Source of the DNA: the human T2T-CHM13v2.0 reference genome, Homo sapiens
Assembly: GCF_009914755.1 (NCBI RefSeq)
Contig: NC_060927.1
DNA: 64,000 nucleotides
Direction: 5' to 3' (one strand)
Shown here: piece by piece, positions 58,055 through 64,000 of the stretch
How the letters are laid out: each line of letters begins with the position of its first letter
How positions within the stretch are numbered: the first letter of the stretch is position 1
Made by a program: the position numbers and the translations under genes
The notes under the pieces: model-generated
What the model was told of the DNA's origin: nothing
The model's input: only the letters and a program-made list of their open reading frames with translations
Database searches by the model: none

Positions 58055-61000
58055 TATGGTTGTATAATAATTTCATTCTCCTATCTTTAGACATTTAGGC
58101 TATTTATAAATCCCTCTGCAATACTTTTTGTGTTTGTTTATCTTAAGTTTTGTACATGTTTCAGATTACTTCTTTAGAACAGATTCTTAGAAGTGGAATC
58201 ACTGTGTGAAAGGATATGAATATTTTTAAGACTCTTGAACTGCATTGCTAAATTGCTTTTTAGAAATGTTGAAATAATTTACACTTCAACTTAGAAACGT
58301 GTGAGTGCCTTAACTCTTGCTCAAGCCAGCACTGATTATTGTATTTTAAAAAATGTGTTAAAAAGGGTAACTTATTTTAACTTTGACTACTTTGCCTACT
58401 AATAAGGCTGAATATCTTTTACGGACTCAGTCTCCTAAGTATTTGCTCATGTTCTTCGTTCATTGATTATTGATTTTCATGAACTTATAGTAGTAGCTTA
58501 AGGATATTAAACTTTGTTTTTCATGCTTGTTACAAATATTTTCATTTAAAATTATTGTGCATAAAAGGTTTTGCTCTTTACAGACTTTATATTTTATGTA
58601 GTCAAACCTACCAATTCTTTACTCTTTGACATTAGTTACAGGTTAAATTAAATTTAAAAAACAAAGACAGAAAAGCATCTACAAAAGACACTTTAACAAA
58701 TACCCATGTACCTGCCAGCCAGACTTAACAAATGCTAATATTTTGCTTCTGGTTATTTAACAATAAAATTACAGATGAAATTGAGATCTCCTTAATTCCC
58801 TTCCCCGGTAACATTTTCCTCCTTCCTTTCCTCACTTTCTCCTTACCCAAAGGCAACCTCATCATGAATTTTGTATAATTCTAAATATAGTGTATTTTTA
58901 TCATAAGTATATGTATGTATAAATAATGCATAACACTGCTTGGTGTGTTTTAAAAATTTATACAATAACATTTATGCTATCATAGTATTCATATCATAGT
59001 TTTGCAACTTGCTTATTAAAACTCAATATCATATTTTCAAGATTTATCCCATGCTATTACATATAGGTCTAATTAATTCACTTTACCTGCCTGTATAACA
59101 TGACTATACCACAACGTTTTTTTTCCACATTCCTCTATCAAGGGACATTTGGGTTGCTCCTGATTTTTTGCTGCAAAAAATGCTTCAGTTAGTATTTCTG
59201 TACATGTTTTCTGATGCACATATGTAAGAGTTCATCTAGAAATAGAACTGCAGAAAAATAGGGCACATGAAATTATAATATAACCACTGATTATATTATA
59301 AAGAGCAGATTGCTCTTTAAGAAGTCTGAAAATGAAAATTTGTGGGTTTTGGTTACATGGATGAATGAAGTCTGAGATTTTAGTGCACCCTTCATCTAAA
59401 TAATGTACACTGTACCCAATATGTAGTTTTTTAGCTTCCAAGTCTCCAATATCCATTATACCACTCTGTACGCCTTTACATACTCATAGCTTAGCTCCCA
59501 CTTACAAGTGAGAAAATACAGTATTTGGTTTTTTATTTCTGACTTACTTCACTTAGAATAATGGCCTCCTGCTCCAGCCAAGTTGCTGCAAAAGACATTA
59601 TTTTGTTCTTTTTAATAGCTGAGTAGTATTAGCACATTTTATATACTGTAATACAAAAACCTTCTTGTATTTAAGCATTTTTATGATCAGCTTTAAATGG
59701 AATTAAGACTTCAGAAATAAAGTTACTCACCCATCTTAACAGTAATCTAGCTGTCATTTTTGAGTCTAATTAATGACTATATATATATATATGTTCTTAA
59801 GTGTTCTTTTTTCTAAACAGGTATACCTATTTTCCTTCCATCAAGAGTGTGTGAACATTCCCACTTTTTCACATCTTTGCCAAGACTTGTATTGTCACAT
59901 TTTTCTTATCCTGGAGCTATAAAGATAACTTTCGATATTTTCTTCTAATTGTTATAAGATTTCATTGATTACATTTAAGCCTTTAATTTATGTGGAGTTA
60001 ATTGATCTATATGGTGTCTGTGAAGGATCTACTTTTATCTTTTCAGCTTGGAAAAGTTACATGTCCTTACATTATTTAAAACATATTTTACTTTCTCTTC
60101 GCTGATTTGTAATCCCCCTTCTATCACCTACCAAGCTTTCATATATGATTGGGACTGTTTCTGGGCTCTTTATTATTTACCATTAATTTATCCCTGTGGA
60201 AATAATCACATGAGTTTTCTCTTTCTGTACCATAAAAATTTCCTCCCCCACAGTCTTTCTTAGGATTTTGTTTATTCTAAATTTAGGACCAGTTTGTCAA
60301 ACTCCATGAGAAAAGTCTGTTGTCATTAGGATTGGTTATGAAATTGTAATTACATTTTAATTTGGGAGAAAATTTTCATTTATATGATAATGGTTGTTCT
60401 TGACCATGAAAAGATCATATCTTTTCATTAATTCAGGTCTTTAAAATTTTTTTCATTAATATTAAAAAATTTTTTATCATTAAAGAGTTTCACAGCTTTT
60501 CTTATATTTATTCCTAGGTCCTTTATAGTCTTTACTGCTATTATAGATGGCATGCTTTTCTACATTTTCTATTTAGTTATTACTCACGTATAGATTTGTT
60601 ATTGATTTTATATGTTGATCTTATATCAAATAACTTTATGGATCTTTTATATAAGTTCTAAAGGTTAGATTCTTTTGAACTTTCCACACAAATAATCTTA
60701 TTGTCTATAAATAATTTCTCTTTCCCTCATCCTCCCTCTCATCTCTATCTCTTTCTCTTTCTGGTTTATTCTTTTAATCCTTATACTTAACTGCTTTTGT
60801 CTCCCTGCATTGGGTAGGATCACTGTAAAATGCTAAATTTTGAAGGTGATGACAGGTATCCTTGTTTAATTTCTAATTATAGCAAACACCTTTACATTTT
60901 TTCTGTATGTACAAAATTAGCTCTAGGGTTTTGATATCATTCTCTTTTATGTAGGCTTTTTAAAAAGGATTCGTTTCATACGTAGCTAAACAATTGTATA

Positions 61001-61345
61001 TATACATTAACTGATTATATGTATATATTTGAGTTGGTTTCTGGACTAGTCTGTTCCATTTATCTGCATTAATTCTTTCCATAAAAGTGGAGTAATTTAA
61101 TAATTGTAGGTTTTATAGTGTGCTTAAATGTTTTGGAATGTCCTTTTTTTTGCCCCTCTCAAAAATTTTCAAACTAGTCTCACCTATTTATCCTTCTGGC
61201 TGTATTTTACCATCACTTCATAAGAGATAAAAAATAATTCTCTTAGAATTTAAATTGGAACTCAGTTAAAGTGCTAATTAACTTAGGAAGTATTAACATT
61301 TTTGTCATATTTGCTATTTCCAATCAGGAACGTGGTAATATCACT
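58055..61345 (-). mobile_element. Cluster of old L1M fragments
   Basis: cttagaagtggaatcactg, gggacatttgggttg, atttattcctagg, ttgatttttatatgttgatc antisense L1 phrases; very AT-rich. Confidence 0.7.
59335..59630 (-). mobile_element. L1PB 3' end
   Basis: ctgagattttagtgcaccc...catagcttagctcccactta...ttacttcacttagaataatgg. Confidence 0.85.
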
Positions 61346-61369
61346 GTTCATTCAAGTGTATTTCTCTCC

Positions 61370-61550
61370 ATTGCTCTGTGACTTTGAGAAAATTAATCTT
61401 TCTTCTACTTAGTTTACTCATTTGTAAGATGATAATAATAATGCTGTCTATCTCATAGTGTTGTCATTGGGATTAAGTGAACTAATTGATGTTAAATGAA
61501 CAGGACAATTAGTGGCACATTCTAAATGACCAGTAAAGTTAATTATTATT
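61370..61550 (+). mobile_element. MIR SINE
   Basis: ctctgtgactttgag...ttagtttactcatttgtaagatg. Confidence 0.7.
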
Positions 61551-62329
61551 ATTAATTCTAATAGTGTTCCTTGTATTTTCATATTAACTAAAAGTAATGT
61601 TGAATTTATCTTCTTATTTCAAATAGTATACTCCTTATTTCTGTCTTGTGTTCTATTTGTTGTTGTTGTTATTATTATTATTATTATTAATGCCTAGTAT
61701 GAGCCAGGCATGCTCTTTAGATATCCTGGATTCTGTAACAAACAAGGAGACAAGATCCCTGCTCTCATGGAGCTTATATTCTCATGTTGGCTCATGCTTT
61801 CAAGCAATACTAAATTATAAAGATTATAGTGGATATTCTGGTTTTATTTCAGTATTTTAATAAAAAATCTTCAGTTGTTCACCACTAGGCATAGTTTTTC
61901 TTTTGTTATCAGACAAATATTTATCATGCTAAGAACACATCTTTCCATTTCTAGTTAGTAATAGTGCTCACTCACTTTGTTCAGTGAACACATATCACTG
62001 AGTGTCAACAGTAAGCCAGGCGATGCTCTAGGTGCTGGGTGTACAATGACAAGCATATGTTCTCATGGAAACCCAGTCTAATTAGTGACACAGACATTAA
62101 TAAAATTTTTATACAAAATGTGTGTTAGTAAAGTGATTGTTGGATTTTATCAAATGTCATTTAAGTGATAATTTTTAAAAATTTGAACTATTGAATTCAT
62201 GCATTTTACTAAGTTCACTAATATTAAACTTTTATTTTTATATATTAAAAATATTTTAGCATTATATTACATAAGCATTTCCACATTTTGATGCCTGTGT
62301 GAGATTGATATATAGTTTGCAAAAGATAA

Positions 62330-62653
<324 letters not shown>

Positions 62654-62884
62654 TGAATTTACTGCACCTGGCTGAATTTGATTGAATTTTATAATGAAAA
62701 TTCATGATTGAAATTTGGAAAACGTTTCTGGTAATGTTGGTCTGATCAAAGTAGAAAAGTACAATAACTTGAGAGATTATCAATCAGGTTCATCTTCCTA
62801 CCTCCACTCTCAACCTCCCTTAATGTATGTAAGACGGGTTTGAATTTGTGTTATTTGAGGTGGGGTGCTGGCTAGGGATTAGAA

Positions 62885-63110
62885 TATTAGCTAACATTTA
62901 TTTAGAGATCACAATGTGTGGCCACTGTTCTGAGAGCTCTGTATTAACTCATTCAAGTCTCAAAACAGTGCTATGAGGTAGGTACTAATATTATCTCCAC
63001 TGTACAAGTAAAGAAACTGGGGCACAGAGACAAAGGACACACAGCTGGTAAGGAGCACAGCAGATCTTAAAGCCAGGTGATTCAGAGCCAACATGCTTAA
63101 CTACTCTGAT
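62885..63110 (-). mobile_element. MIR SINE
   Basis: ctatgaggtaggtact...aagaaactggggcacagaga. Confidence 0.8.
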
Positions 63111-63113
63111 AGG

Positions 63114-63533
63114 TGTATGAATCAAGAAAGGCAGGTTACGCTGCTATAACTAACACCAAAATTTCAGTTTCTAACAAAACAACAGATGTTTCTTTCTCAT
63201 ACAAAACGTGTGGTGGGACTGGGTGGCTCTCTAGAGCAGAAGCCCTCCATGTGGTGGCTCAGAATTCCAGGCTGTTTTCATCTTCTGGCAACTCAATTTC
63301 AACTTTTGCTCCTACAATCATCATCATCATGGTAGAGGAAAAGAGAAATTGCAGAGAATAGTACACTGGCTTTTAAAAGATTCCTCTTGGAGTGACACAT
63401 ATCCCCTCCCATATTTCATTGGCTGAAGCAAGTCACATGGCCAGCCTTGCTTCAGTAGACAGGGAAATGTGATCCTCTCCTGGGCCCAGAGGAGGGAAGT
63501 ACCGGATTCATTTGTGACAACCCTGATATCGCA
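63114..63533 (-). mobile_element. Old MaLR LTR (MLT1J/K/L-like)
   Basis: aggttacgctgctataac...catatttcattggctgaagcaagtcacatggcc. Confidence 0.7.
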
Positions 63534-64000
63534 AGGGTATGTGTATCAGTTCTAGTTCCGCCACTGACCTTCAACAAGTTCCTTTGCTTCCGATTTTAAC
63601 ATCCAGAAAATGATAGAATTTTTAAACTTCTTCAATTGATATGTATTATTTAGAGAGCCTAGTGTGTGCCAAGCACCTTGTAGCTCTGGCAACACAATGG
63701 TCAATACAGCAAAATCCCTGCCCTCAAGCAGTTTGCAATTTAATAGATATCTCACTGATAATTTTTAGTTCTAAAATTCCAAGATTCTATTAAAAAGCAA
63801 CCACAATAACAAACTTCTCTTCATATTGTCCAGAATGTTATATTCTAGATACTCAGGCATTAGGAGTTTCTTCCTTCTTTCTTGTGTGCATTTCGCTGCA
63901 GTGAAACTCCGTCACTGCAGCCGATACACACATGGCCATCTCTTTCAAATCACTAATGTATGTCTATATGGCACCTATTATGAAAATAAAGCAGACTTTG

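Overview
Human (primate) genomic DNA, AT-rich and repeat-dense. It contains the 3' end of VEPH1 (Melted homologue, C-terminal PH domain) on the minus strand: three coding exons at 39135-39252, 18096-18232 and 13704-13940 with canonical GT-AG sites and matching phases, plus a 3'UTR. About 12 kb of downstream intergenic DNA lies to the left, and an intron of more than 24 kb runs off the right edge. The rest is transposon fossil record: more than 20 Alu/FAM/FLAM copies including one AluYa5, a twin-primed 5'-inverted L1PA, old L1M/L1PB/L2/MIR fragments, MaLR/ERVL solo LTRs, an HSMAR2 mariner, Tigger and MER5. Nearly all ORFs in the track are repeat or low-complexity artefacts. I see no novel multi-gene system. 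The best leads are: (1) a cryptic degenerate ~25-bp array, YCAY-dense on the VEPH1 pre-mRNA, abutting a candidate 30-nt poison microexon with a perfect donor; (2) an MLT1 LTR that appears to supply VEPH1's distal poly(A) signal; (3) an AluYa5 and an unidentified 24-nt TSD-flanked insert sharing one L1-endonuclease site; (4) a (GGAA)14 microsatellite grown from an Alu tail inside a mariner. Repeat subfamily names come from remembered consensus sequences, not from a database search.
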